From Takakia lepidozioides (lineage: Eukaryota; Plantae; Bryophyta), in the NCBI GenBank assembly GCA_030704615.1, contig CM060733.1, forward strand, positions 76,446,001-76,510,000: a stretch of DNA of 64,000 bases, given 5' to 3'. This document shows positions 1-13,156 of the stretch, piece by piece. Each line of letters opens with the position of its first letter. Positions within the stretch are counted from its first letter, which is position 1. The translations under genes were made by a program, and so were the position numbers. The notes under the pieces are model-generated. The model saw only the letters and a list, made by a program, of their open reading frames with translations, ran no database searches and was not told the origin of the DNA.

Positions 1-3000
1 ATTTCTTGGATAAAAGCTCCTTGATTCAATGGGTGTTCACAAGCCAAGATGAACGCTATGACGCTTCTCCAGAAGGCTACGTCATGTCCTTGGACACAGG
101 TTTGTAAGCCTGCACTTGCTTGAACGTATGCCCAATCATAGATTTGCCCCGCCTATTTTGAAATTCGTCTGTCAAAGTCACCTTGTCCTGGCAGCTTTTG
201 GGCTTCCTGGTGCTGTTATAGTTCCTTCATTCTCTGTTGCTTTCTCATGAATTTAGCTGGACTCAGTGACGTCTGTGTGCAGGTGTTTGCAAGATGACAG
301 AGAAAAACCCTTGCGGGCAGACTGCAGACAATCCGAAAATAATACCGGGTGTTCCCATCTATTACTACGACAACTCAAATAATTACAAAAACGTGTATGA
401 CTCACCGTTCGACTACTGCCACAGCACGGGCCCGGATGTTGTCTTTCAGCACACTCCAATGTCTGACCTGGTGACTTGCTTTCCTCTTTTAGGTGGCATG
501 TACAGAACATCCTACAATGTTCTCCTGAATCTTTTCTTCCCTTCCTTGCTCCGCATCATGCCACCTTTTTCCCTTTTGCTTCCCACGGCAGGGTATTGAA
601 GTACTCATCAAGCTTCTGAGGGAACTGCACTACTAGGACAGACAATTCTCGTAATAACAGCTCTAGGGATTTGCGCATTTATCAAACCCAAAAGCGCTGG
701 AAAGTATCATTTCTGTAGTTTTTCTTTCTAAGGTTAGCGGGGCGGTCAAGAAAGTTCCTATTGTAAGCTGCGAGCAAAACCAAATTCTGTGGCTGGGAGC
801 ATTCAAACTGCACTTGTTTGTACCGGTTAAGCATAGCCAAAACCAATTAGAATGCATGCAAATCTTTATTAGGACATCACAGGCGGTCACCTTACCTTTT
901 TTTTGAAAGTATGCTGTACAAAGCAGTCATCAGTGATAAGAATCCCAGAGTCTTTCAGTTACACTTTGTAACCCAAATTAACAGGAAAAAATCACTTAAT
1001 CCATAACAGCATTGACGCAAGGGTGGACTGCTGATGGGGCAGAATGCCACTGTGTCACTATGTGGGCCGAACACCAACTTTGACACAACATTGTCTGTGT
1101 ACGAGAAGGTTCTACTGAACCGAAAATCTCAGCTCAATCGAATTGCCTGCAACGATGACTACTGCAGTGTGCAGTCCTTGCTCTCCAAATTACTGCTGAA
1201 ACAGAATCACACACCTATGTCTTTGTGAGTACCTTTAGATACTGGACATGCTCCCTTGATTGCTCCCACTTTCTTGTCTCCTTTGTAGTAAGTATTACCT
1301 TCTGAGACACAGCCGTCCACGGGCCCCTTAATGGCCCATGTGTAGAGCTGTATGCTCTATCAATTGCAGGATGAAAAATTCTCCTTTCCTTCCAATATCT
1401 TCTGAGTAAACCCAACAATCCAGACTAGATGAGCGTCATATCTAAGGTTCACAAACTGGGACAGTCAAGCTATCAAAGAATGAGTGAGTTACAAGTTGTG
1501 AATACCTTCTTTGCAGACGGAAATGTGGAATCGCACTGGGCAAGGAAAGGTGTGGTAACAATGAGTTAAGGTGTTTGTGTGTGTGCAGATGGTAGATGGC
1601 TGGGGAGCTGGAGGTCCCTTTGATTTCAATCTTACTGTGCCTGCAGGTAAGGGACACATGGATCCAGTTGCGGTTTAGTCCCCCTTTCTGATCTCTTCAA
1701 GCAAGGCTATGGGTAGGCGTGGCAGGTTGACAGAACTTGAGAGTGGTCTTCTCTCTAGTGAACAAGACCTCAAGCACTTCCTGACAGTCTGAAGCTAGAG
1801 TGCATTTATTAAACCATCAATGTCCGAATCCCAGCTGAACTAGATAATGTCACGATCTGCTCAGGGACTCAAGTATTGGACTAGGCATGGCATTGCACTT
1901 TTCTAGGGTGTAAGCTGGTCCCAAGAAGTGTTCAAGTTAGCGCCTTGTAAGCAGGCAAAGCGTGAGAGTTGGAAAAAGACCCATGGTGAGGGAAGAAACT
2001 ATCTTTTAGTGTAAGTAAATACAAAAGGATACAAGGCAGGGCTCTGAGGATAACATATAGGTAGAGAGTCTCAGAGGAACGTTTTATGTAGAGGATGGAA
2101 GAAACCCTTGATCGTTGATTTTGGATCTGACTGTGCAGCAACTGCAACAACAAATAGTGCCACCACGCGAGCACCCTCAGTTCAATTGCCAGCAATCACA
2201 AACTCTGACCAGGATGGATGCACACAATGGATTGGGAAAACATGTGTAGAAAAGCCACCAACGGCGCCCTGGCAGTACACCTACTTTTGGAGTGCTGCGT
2301 CTTGGAGCCCTTGTAACCATGTGTGTGCTGGTGGAATTCAGGTCTGCTTTCCTGCAACTCTGCTTTGTCTTCTTTGACCTTCCTTCTTAGTCTATCCCAC
2401 CTCCTCTCCTATTTAAGAGGATGAAGTGTTGCCTGGCAAGGGACAAAGACATGGAAGACACAGTGAGGGCCTTCCTAACCCACTTTGGTGTACTGCACCA
2501 CATTCTTGCACACTCTAACTGTTGACTGAAAAAGAGGTCATCTGAGCACTTTTGCGTAAGTCTTGAGGGCAGCCTTTCATTGCTAGCAGATTGCCGCTAC
2601 ATTGATTCTTAGTAATTACGAGCTCTGTCACTTAGTCAAAATCCAAGGGATTCACTATCAAAGAAGTGGCATATAGTTATGTGTACCGTCCATATGAATC
2701 CGCAGAGGGATGGCATGGACAAAAGAGACAGGCACGCAGGAAAGGGAGTTTTAACCAGGTGCAAGGGGAGGGCAGCATGCAGTGATCAAATGCTACATGG
2801 GAAACTTTTTGGAAGCTCCTGAATTGAACTGTGCTCACCTTCCCCTGCCCCAAGCCACACGGGTAAGTCCTCCCCTGTTCATTTACCTGTTATCTCTCCC
2901 TAAAAGCAATCCAAGGCCTCTCACATTTTCCCAGTCAGCAGAATAGTCAGACATCTTTATGTAGGCCCCAAATCTCTTCAAGAATAATTCCTATGAGAAA

Positions 3001-5759
3001 CACAGATTCCCTTGGCTATGAAGAGGAGTAAGCCTTAAAGAACTAACTTACGGAAAGATCTAGGAAGCTCAGCTAAACCAACACCAGTTTGACAAGGGAG
3101 AAGCTTCCCAAATGTGTGCACATTGTTGAAGATAATTGTACTTCTGATACAGTGCCATGGTGTTCTGAGCACTTGTATCCAATTGAAGAGAAGGCACTCA
3201 ACCGGTGTTATCCATCAGAAATATGAATAAGCAATTCCTCCGACCAAAATCCTCATTTAGGACTGGATACATACTGGTGATCTATCATACAACAGAGGTC
3301 ACATTGTTGCAGGTGTTCATTTTCACATGAACATTTTGCTAAGGTCATCCAAACATTTGAAAATATGGAAAAGCAGGCCTGCATGGATACTGGATCAGAA
3401 GGTTGACACCTGACTCTGATTGGTTGGTGCAGAGCTGCAATATGGTGGCATGCAGGTCCTATTCTGTGTTTGAGGGATATTGGAGTGAGTGCAACCAAAC
3501 CTGTGGCTCAGGCATCCAGAGGCGGTACAAGCCTGTACTTCGAGCTCTGAGTGCCTATTGGCATGTGTGATCATGCAGTTAGCTCATCATCAGGTCATAC
3601 TTAGTGCATACCCAAGATGAAGTCTTCACTGACATCCAGCCTGGTTAAGACTTTTTGCACTGGTCATGACTCAAGGAAATAGGTCCTAAGAGCTTGCAAC
3701 ACAAACTTGAATTGTAACTCACTGTAGTAATGCTGGACACTTCACATTATGGATATCTTGTCCATAATAACTTAAGACCCTTGTTCATCTACTTCATATT
3801 GACATTGCTCTGGCATTGATCATCTTTTTTCTGTGCAAGGTATTTGGCCCGCTTAGCTAAACCAGAGGATTAACATTTCCCTTGAGCAGTACGCAAGTCT
3901 AAATCCAATGTATAAACTCCGTTCCAATACGTTGGGGAAAATTGGTTGATTGACAGAGAGGTGCAACACGGCTAGCCCTGAAAGTTGTGAGGATCAGCAA
4001 TACTTTGTGACTGAGAGAGAGTGCAACACTCACGTCTGCAATGCCACCTACTGGGAGGTGCCCAAATGGAACTACTGCAACGTTCCATGTTCGGGCGGCA
4101 AGCGGTTCCGAGATATTATCTGCCAGTCCAATGGTACTGTTGTTGGTGACGATGTCTGCTCCAGCGTCAATGCCCCTGACAATGAGCAGCTCTGCAATAG
4201 CCAAGTACAGCTGCCCCTGAGGCCACTCACCCCCCTCTTCTTCTACTCCCAGTAGCTTAGGGATTTTTGCTGTTGGTGGATGGGGGGATTCTCGTCATAC
4301 ATGCAAATAATTGTAGCAAAAGTATACATAATAGCAACCCATAGCCATCCAAATTAGGATGCTGCATGTGTGCGTACCACTTGAAGGAATGCAGACAGGT
4401 GAAACTCAATAGACATGACTATTCGAGTTACTTCACAGAAAATTTGATGTGTTTCAAGCATGATGTCACCCCATTGCAAGACACATACCCAATCACATGG
4501 AAAATAAATCGAGAAAAGAAAGAGTTGCTACACAGGGCACAGTGTATTTGATGAGGCCTGCTTGCAGCCATGTCAGACCTATGCATGGCTAGTGGGGCCA
4601 TGGAATGATGAGTGCCCAGTCGGATGCAACTCCACCACCACTCGCCATGTCGAGGTACATCACCTCACTCCCTCCTTTTCTCATGGCTGCGAGTACAAAG
4701 TCCCAGGCAAGGTCATAGATTGAAACTGAGCATACCTTAGATGGGTTAGATGTGTTCATAGAGGTTCGCCATGGAGGCAAGTCTAGCTCTCATCCTCCTG
4801 TCTCTCTCTCACACTTGCTTGGCTGATCATAAAGCTTGTGGTGCAACTCAGTGTGTAGATGGCTGGGGAGAAGGAGTGGAAGACCAGCATTGTGACATTG
4901 GAAGTAAACCAGGAAGTACAATGCAGTGTCAGCGCACTGACGTAGCTTGTGACGACTGCAGGCACAATAATTGCTCTGGAAATGGAGGGTGTATGGTAAT
5001 ATCGTCATTTCTTTGTTCTACCCTGTCCATGGGCCCTCGTGGCCCGCTGTGGATGTTTTAAAGTTTTTTTCATTCTTTCTCTCCCTTTCTTTTGCATCTT
5101 TGAAGCCCTCGGAAATATATCTCTACACATACTTGCCGTTGAATTGCACAGTGGTTTATTGATCTCCTGTATAAATGGAGGTGGCATATAGGCTGGAAGG
5201 TGTAAGTGCATTGGTCACTGGGAGGGACGCTACTGTGAGACCCTCAAGATATGTGAAGGCCGGCCCGTGGGATACCTTCGCAATGGTAGTGTGGGATGCT
5301 GCCCATACGAAGCTATTGACAATGAGCAGCACTGCTGTATCACTGCGAATGCCACCCTGACTAGTGTATGCTCCATACCCAGCCTGTGTCCATTTAAGTT
5401 TCCTTTTCCTGCTTTCGCCTTTCTGGTTGTTGACAGCTTATATGTGGCTCGTGATCTTGGGTCGTCTGAATGGTGCATATGATGGAGTGAAAATACTAGG
5501 AACAGAGGTCTGAGGCACATGCATTTGATATTGGCAGGATGGCTATTGTTGCGAAGGGGGCTACCTTGATGCATACTGTGCTTGCAATGGGACTGCTATG
5601 TGAGGCCTCACACCTTTGTTAATCCCCTCCCATCTGGTTGTCTCCTGAAATGATGCAATCATAGCTTACTCATAGGACCATGTTTGAGTAATGCTGACAT
5701 CCAAAGTCAGGAGAAAACAAAAATTTAGTATAAATCATGAAGGGTGACACAATTGAGCT

Positions 5760-6775
5760 GATACTTTACAACGTCCTTTAAGCTCAAAGAGCTCATGGGA
5801 CAAGAGAAAGAATCAAACAAGAAAGAGAGTCCCTCCACAAGCAGCCCAGAAACAATCATTGATCTGTCTAAGATTCAACGAGTCGTGCAGATATGCTGTG
5901 AAGCAGTTCTGAGCCTTGTAGCGGAACACCTCTATGAGGGATTGGCTATCTCGGAATAGAAAATAGTTCTCCCCGGAGCTCGTAATAGAAAGGACATGAA
6001 AGAAGAGATGTTCTTTGGTTTCAATTTCCTTCCTCTCATCTCTACACAAGTGGGGCACAAGCAGTCAGCGCACTGAAGGTTGTCCCCCCTATCTGCAGAC
6101 TGTGGGAGCCCACCCTGAAGACCAAGAATGTCTTCTGATAGAACTGCAGCTTTTGTAAGATTGACTGTTCCAGGTCCGCCTAACATAAAGTTCCATCAGC
6201 TCCCGTCTGATGTGTCCGTTGTGGGTGTGCTTGGACGAAATTTCCGGACTTCTGTAATTTGTGGAAGTAGGGAAGAAACATGCAATCTATGGCTTTCAAA
6301 GAAGTTGGAGACCTGAGCAATACAAGAGGTCTTGAAACCAACATTTATGAGTCGCATAGGGGTTGCAAGGGCTGGAGCTGCCAGCCATTTGGTAGGGCTT
6401 GCAACCTTCTCAGGGAGATAGTAAGCGGAAGATGGCCTAGACACAATCAAATTCAGCACGTACAATTTGTGATGGTGTTGTACCTCTAGCCCCAAGCATT
6501 TCTTGGAGGAAATACGATTGAAAGTGGTTCGAGGTTTCACTCCCACCGGGAAACGGGGACCTCTGGGGCCCCGAAACTTGCCGCCATAAGTGGGCAGCAG
6601 GGGTGACAACCGAGTCAAATAGCCACTTTTTGGTGGGGGAGTGGCGCGGATGGATTGTTTGCATTTGGCCTGAAGGTGTATAGAGGCAGTCTTTCCTGGT
6701 CGATGCAAACTGAAATTTGGGTGCATGGATAACCAGACCAGGTATGGTACTCATGACCTCAATCTCTTGCTGGTT
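5760..6775 (-). mobile_element. 3' fragment of LINE family A (RT C-terminus, Cys/His finger, stem-loop tail); continues at 11576-11710 beyond the LINE-B insertion
   Basis: Translates to QAKCKQ..PTKKWLFDSVV..FLQEMLGARGTTPSQIVRAEF, homologous to LINE-A at 21133-23350. Reverse-oriented tail unit (aagctcaaagagctcatgggac) near 5780. Confidence 0.85.
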
Positions 6776-9700
6776 CTCTCCCTGTCCTCTAGGAAGCCTA
6801 TTGCCATTGGGTGGACTTGATACGGGAGTACATTAATGTCTCTGTGACTAAATGCCGGCCTTGTGACCTCGTGTCCTTGTTTTGTTCGACCTGAAGCGCT
6901 TTGCTCCAGGTAAGGTAGTGCATTGGATTTAGTTGGAAAGCTTGGGGCCTTTCCCTCTTTAGAATATGCCTACACGGGCCATTCCCTGCAACTCCCTGGA
7001 GTGTGATCTCTGAATGGTAACAAGCGGACCCCTACCGTTTGGGGGCAGCCCCTCCGCCCAAATTGGGCAGTCGTATGCTCTGTATAGCATACTCGGCACT
7101 TGGGCTCGGGTTGGTTCCTGTGCTTAAACTTATAGCCTGCGAGATCAATCAAAATTTTAGCTCCTATCGACTTCAACACTCCCCAGGGTGATTCCTGGGA
7201 ATTGGTTACTTATGCCAAATCTAGGGCTTCATGTGTAGTTTTTGGGGTGAATCCCAGGATGGACGATGTGTCCTTTAAAACTACATGCTCTAGCTTAGGC
7301 TTGGATTTCATGGCTAATGGTTCCATCTCGAGACTTGATAACAGGGTACATTGAAGGTTGCAATGACCAAAAGTGCTTCTAATAGAGTCCCACATCAATT
7401 CAATCTCAAAGAAGTTCGTCCCTTGACTGGCTGGAGAGCGGTCTTAGACATTGGTGATTCAATGGGGCGCTCTAAGAAGACAACTAAGGGCAAGGACTTC
7501 AACTTGAGAGTTTCTAATCGGTTTGATGCTCTGGATGAGGTTGAATCCAAACAGCCAGAAGGACAAGATGCCCCTAAGTGTACAGAACCTGAACGTCCTG
7601 AATCTGAAGGATTTGGTACTCTGAATGGTTTACCAATCCTCAAGGTTTACACAACGAACAAATTCTATACACGGGGTAATTGTCCCCAAGCCGTCAGATG
7701 GACAATCTGTCCCTAAGTGTGCAGATCCTGAACGTCGTGTAACTGAAGGATTTGGTACTCTAAATGGTTTACCAATCCTCAAAGTCTACACAAGACGAGC
7801 AAAATCTACACACGGGGTAATTGTCCCCAAGCAGTCTGATGGACAATATACCCCTAAGTGTGCGGAGCCTGTGCGTCGTGTAACTGAAGGATTTGGTACC
7901 CTGAATGGTTTACCAATTCTCAAAGTTTACACAAGACGAGCAAAATCTACACATGGGGTAACTGTCCCCCCTTTGCAGAACGGTTGGCCGTCCAGGAGCA
8001 ATCACAAGCTACCTAGACGACAAACAATTCACATGCAAAGGGCTGGCTTGCGGCTGGCCACTTTCAACTTCTCAGGCTTACTAACCAAAGGAAACAACTC
8101 GAAGTGGGACAAGTCCTTCGGACTAATGATATTCATATCTGTGCTGGGCAAGAAACATGGGAAACGTCGGATAAACTGGTTGGAGATGTCAATGGTTATA
8201 AATGGGCAGGTAGGATGTGTACTCTCAAGGCAGCCTCTGCCACACGCGGTCAAAAAGGGGTTGGATTCTTTGTCCGTGATTTCTTGTTTGATAATTGTGA
8301 AATTATTAACAAGGGTTTGAGGTACGAGCATAGTATCTGGCTAAAACTGAATCTGAAGGGCGGCATGAGTACGAAGGACCTCTTTGTGGGTTGTGTTTAC
8401 ATGCCCACAGAGGGGACCCTTAGTGCTGACGCAGACAAAGCCTTCGAAGATGTAAAGCTGGACTGTGCTTCGTTCCTTGCCAAAGGTCAGGTAGTGCTAT
8501 TGGGTGACTTCAATGCCCGGGTGGGCAAAGGGCTCCATCAGGACGATATCATTGGGCCTTTTGGTGAGGACGAGCTGAATTCTAATGGCAGACGGTTAAT
8601 TAACTGTCTGGAAGAGCTTCAGCTTTTGACCTTGAATAACAGGACAAGAGGTGACCAAGTGCAGTGGACTCGTGAGAAATCCCAAACTGGGGAACATTCC
8701 ATTGTGGACTATATCATAATGGACAAAAAATTGTTTCCCCAGTGTGCCAATGTGTTGATCGACAGAACTGATATTGGTACCTCTGACCACTTCCTGGTTT
8801 GGACTGAGATCAAAAGGTGTTTTCCCAACACCAAGAGATCTGTGAAACGTTCGATTCGGAAGTGGCGCATAAAAAATTCCATAATGAGGAGGTCAAGGCT
8901 GAGTACGTCCAGGCCTTGCAAGAGACTCTCCCTCATTTGTCCAATCGCTCCAAGAACTTCAGTCTCGCTCTGACAACGCAAGAAATGAAGTCGAAAGAGC
9001 AGTGGACTCTTGGGAGAGTTTCGTCTCCTCTGTGGCTGACAAGATCATTGGGAGGAAACTAATTGTCTGCGGTAGAGCTGTCAATTGGTGGACCAATGAG
9101 ATCAAACTCAAGATAGCTGAGAGACGCCCTCTATAAAGAGTGCTGCAATTTGAAAACCAACAGAGAATTGTGGGCGAGGTACTATCAGCTCCGGAAAGAT
9201 ATCAATCAGCTTGTTAGGTCTCAGAAGAAATTATACTGGGATAAGCTATACAGTGAAATAAACTCAAACCACCATGGTGGTAATGACAAGAAATTCTGGT
9301 TGGCCCTTCAACGTTTGTACAAGCCTAAAAACGGTCAGCAAGTACAAGCGCTGAAGACTACTAAAGGTGCAGTGGTGACTTCATCGGTTGACATTGTCAA
9401 AACCTTTGAAAATCACTACAGTATCCTTGGCAGAACTTCTAGGTCTAACAGTGAGGGGTCTTCTGCTGAATGGAGGGACACAGTTGGAAAAACTGTTTCC
9501 TATGATTCAAAACAGCCCTGATGAACTGGAGTATATTTCAATGGCTTATAACGCTCCCATTAGTTCTTCTGAGATTGTGGAAGCAATTGAACATTTAAAT
9601 GGATATAAAGCTGTTGAACCTTATCTGGAAGACTGAAATGATCCCCTTTCACTGGCGACAGGGGGTCATTGTCAGTCTATACAAGAAGGGTGACAGAGAA

Positions 9701-11575
9701 GAACCGGGGAACTACCGTGGCATTACGGTCCTCAATGCTGTTGGCAAGACATTCTGCAGAGTTATAAGTACTCGTCTCGAGGTTGATCTGGAGTCTAGAG
9801 GTTGTTTCCACGAAGGCCAAGCTGGCTTTCGGCGAAACAGGGGCTGTGTGGATCATATCTTCACTCTAAGCCAGATTATTCAGGGAAGGAAAAAAGAAGG
9901 GAAACCCACTATGTTTTTTTCCTGGATGTCAAAAGGCTTATGACACAGTGTGGAGAGATGGCCTATGGTTCCGCCTCTGGTCTTGTGGGATCAAGGGAAA
10001 GATGTGGAGAGTTGTCCACAACTTGTATGCTCACACCAAAAGCTGTGTCACTGTTAATGGACAGAAGTCCAACTTCTTTGACATAGACCAAGGTGTAGCT
10101 CAAGGATGTACTCTCTCCCCTCTGCTCTTCAATGTTTTCATCAATCAACTCCTCGAGGATGTGGAAAGTGAAGGATTTGGGTTAAGGGTGGGTGATACCA
10201 CCATACCAGCCCTTATGTTTGCGGATGACTTTGCAGGCATAGGGGAGACTCCAACCAATCTCCAGGAGTTGATTGATTGCGCGAAGAGATACTTTGATCT
10301 TTGGGGGCTAGAGGCTAATGTCAGCAAATGTGCAGTGGTAGCATTCAATGACAGAGGAGAGGGAGGAAGATCTTAAGTGGCAGTGGGGTAGCCAAGAGAT
10401 CCCGGTCCTCCCTTCCTACACTTACCTGGGGGTTGAGTTTTCCTCCAATTGTAATTGGGATGCACATTGGGAAAGTTGTAATTGGGAAAGTTGTTCAAAC
10501 TGGCAAGGGCAAAGCTCTGGGGCTCACTAAATTTTTCCACTGCAGAGGGGTCATCTCTGAGGTTAAGAAAACCATGCTTTGTCGCGTTATTAGACCTGCC
10601 TTGGAGTACGGATCTGCTATATGGGTTGATAACTCCAACCAGGCTAAGTCTCTAGAATCCATTCAAGTGGGGGTGCTTAAGGAGTGTATGTCAGCATGCT
10701 CCAAAACAGCTAATGTGGCTGTTCGGGGTGAGTTTGGCATTCCATCCTTAAGCTCCCAACGAGATGAATTCAAGTCAGATGGTGGGGTCAGCTGCAACAT
10801 ATGCCCAACACCAGATATCCTAAGTTAATCGACTCTATATCTTGGAAACAGGACCGCCCTGTCAAACAGGCTAAGTCCTGGCAGAAGAGAGTAGAAAAGA
10901 TTCTCAAGGACCTGGACCTGGATCCGCAAGTCTTGACCCTGCTGGATAAATCTGACTTAGAGGCTGTAGTGGCTGAAGCCATGTCTGTTGCCATGAGATT
11001 GTCTGATGAAAATGAAGTTAGGCAGAGAACTTCCCTGAACTTGTTTCCAGTCAGTGACATGGGGGTGGACATCTTGGATGACCTCAAGGGTCTACCCACT
11101 CTCGGCACTAGACTGAAATTTAAACTCAGGGCAGGAAGCCTACCTTTGAACAGCAAACAGAAGCAGAGAGGAAAGGGAGAGTGCAATTGTCCGTTGTGTG
11201 GGCAATCTGAAGACAGTATTCATTTTCTGATACACTGTCCGGGGTTCTCTCACCAAAGAGACGCTCTCTTCAATTCTATCAAGGGAATTGTGCCTGTACC
11301 CCTGTTTACCAACTTTGAAAGTCTCGAGGCTGAGCCAAAAGCCCAGGCCCTCCTGAGGCCTATTTTTTGGGCAAATCACACACAGCAGATTGATGCTTGT
11401 GTGAAGGGTTTTCTAGAGGATATCTGGAAAACCCGGATTAATTCTTTATATGAAGGTAAGTCTTACTACCAACGTCCGCCCCTGACGGAGGTAGTTTCTG
11501 TTCCCTTTTGTTCCCGCTCAAACTGGGCGCGGGGTCAATGGCCACAAGGCTACAGCAAACAACGTCTTATGAGTA
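6776..11575 (+). mobile_element. LINE family B (APE endonuclease-RT-Cys/His finger), near full length, inserted into the LINE-A fragment
   Basis: 16-bp TSD CAATCTCTTGCTGGTT at 6760-6775 and 11576-11591. APE motifs (ATFNFSGL, GQETW, GDFNAR, SIVDY, SDH), RT motifs (NYRGI, QAGFR, GVAQGCTLSP, FADD), CPLC..HFLIHC. Multiple frameshifts. Confidence 0.92.
7551..7970 (+). repeat. Three ~141-bp coding tandem repeats (47-aa unit ..EGFGTLNGLPILKVYTRR..) at the LINE-B N-terminus
   Basis: GAAGGATTTGGTAC recurs at ~7606, ~7745 and ~7886. The repeat frame runs on into the APE start at ~8045. Confidence 0.9.
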
Positions 11576-11799
11576 CAATCTCTTGCTGGTTGAAGAGGAA
11601 TATCCGATCAGCATGGCAATCAAAGAGTCTTGGTTTTGCTGAGGTTGACCTGCAGCCCTTAGGCCTTGGAGAACTCTTCTAGGAGGCGCAGATTGTATTG
11701 GCATCCAGGCAGCCCCACTCTAATGAGTTTTTGGCAATGTAGACCTCCAATGCATCTGTAGAAATGGTGCTTTATGTAGAGAAAATGCATCTGTAGAGA

Positions 11800-12500
11800 A
11801 AATGAAATGAAACGGTGCCTTATGACGTCCGTGGGAAGCTCATAAGCTTATGGGACAAAATGGAAGAAAACATGAGAGAAGAAACAAAAACTTTATAACG
11901 TCTGGGTAAAGCTCAAGGAGCTAACTGAAAAGAGAAAATGCATGGACAGAAAAGTGGAGCCCCAACAACCAGCCACCACAACCATGAATGACAATCCAAC
12001 TTCATCTGATTTTCAAATTTTGGAGGTTGTGGAAATGGCAGTTTTTATCCTTGTACTGGAAACTCTCTGTCACGCCATGGCCGTCCCTGAAAAGGCAAAA
12101 GTAGCGACCCTGGATTTCAAGGTAGAGAAGACAGTGACACAAGAATTCAGTCTCAATCTCCAGCCTGTCTTGTTAGCGCAAGCAAGACGAAGGTTTTCAG
12201 CATGCTGTAGATTGCCCTCTTCCAGTCTTGATCCTGAGACTATGTGGGTCCACTCTGAAACATCCCAATGCCCCTGAGAACAGTACTTGGGCTGTAAGAT
12301 TCTGTTCCAAACAGAAATAGTGAATGGTGTCGCTTATTTCCAGGTCTGGATGACAGCTTTTTCTGTTCTTCTCAGGCTTTGAAAAGATTTCCAGATGCCT
12401 TTGGTTTTGAGGCTGAAGAGAGGTTGCGCCGGCTGAAGAAAGATTCCAAAATTGTGCATACAATTGCCTTAGAAAAAGCTAGGGGTGTGAGCGCTGGTGG
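11800..12500 (-). mobile_element. Older degraded LINE-A 3' fragment plus tail repeats
   Basis: Minus translation GALGCFRVDPHSLRIKTGR..EIETE..CLLYLEIQGRYFCLF matches the LINE-A ORF2 C-terminus. Reverse tail units at 11800-11930. Confidence 0.75.
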
Positions 12501-12923
12501 TGGGAGACAGCTAAACAGTTATTAATGGAAAGGTTGTGTTGCGTGAGGGAAGGATGGCAGATCACTAGACTTTCATAGCAAGTGCTGCAGCACCATCCGA
12601 GATGAGAAAGGCATATGCTGCAACAGTGGATTTTTGGATGAATGCCTCATTTGTGATGGCGATAGCACCAGCTGTGCTGCCAACATTAGGATCAGCCTCA
12701 TCTTCAATTCCACCATAGAGATACCTCACAACTCCTCCACTCAATGGAAGGAGTTCATCCTCTACTTCAGTGGTGATGTAAATTTCTAGAACTTCCAACA
12801 CAACTCCTTTCCTCTTCCACTGCGTCCCAGGGGCCTTAAGGATGCAATCTATTTCTTAGTTATGATGGATACCATTTAATTTCTCGCTCTTCTCTCTCAC
12901 CCTTTCTTAGTTTCTTGTCCTTG

Positions 12924-13105
12924 GACAACCAGCATGTAGCCCAGTGGTAATGGGCACATACCACGTTGGATGTGGTTGTGGGTTCAAACCACGGTCTGGT
13001 GTGTCATTAAGGTGTCCACCTTTCAGCTGGAAGGCAGTAGCCCTTGTGGTGAAGAGACACCATAATTTACGCTTCCTTCGGGAGGCGTCTATATTTTATT
13101 TTATT
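12924..13105 (+). mobile_element. tRNA-derived SINE, family 1
   Basis: A-box TAGCCCAGTGG, B-box GGTTCAAACC, 3' hairpin CGCTTCC-TTCG-GGAGGCG, T-rich tail. 13-bp TSD TTTCTTGTCCTTG at 12911-12923 and 13106-13118. Homologous copies at 30139 and 57524. Confidence 0.88.
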
Positions 13106-13156
13106 TTTCTTGTCCTTGTGGCCCTCCGTGGATGTTATACAATCTCTTTCTTTCAT

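Noticed and set aside
1517-1550. Candidate small exon (ttgcag|...aag|gt)
   Set aside because: The PPC-like domain continues naturally from 1224 to 1589 without it, and its translation fits no motif.
2700-3130. Possible LINE ORF1 remnant on the minus strand within an intron
   Set aside because: Too degraded to support by eye.
6776-6900. Self-cleaving ribozyme (HDV-like/twister) at the LINE-B 5' end
   Set aside because: Only fragments such as GACCTCGTGTC are visible and no complete fold could be built by eye. An Infernal/RNArobo search would be needed.
12924-13000. tRNA genes here and at ~30240, ~57290, ~57620 and ~58355
   Set aside because: A/B boxes are present but there is no good cloverleaf. 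Extended bodies, simple tails and (for family 1) TSDs indicate SINEs.
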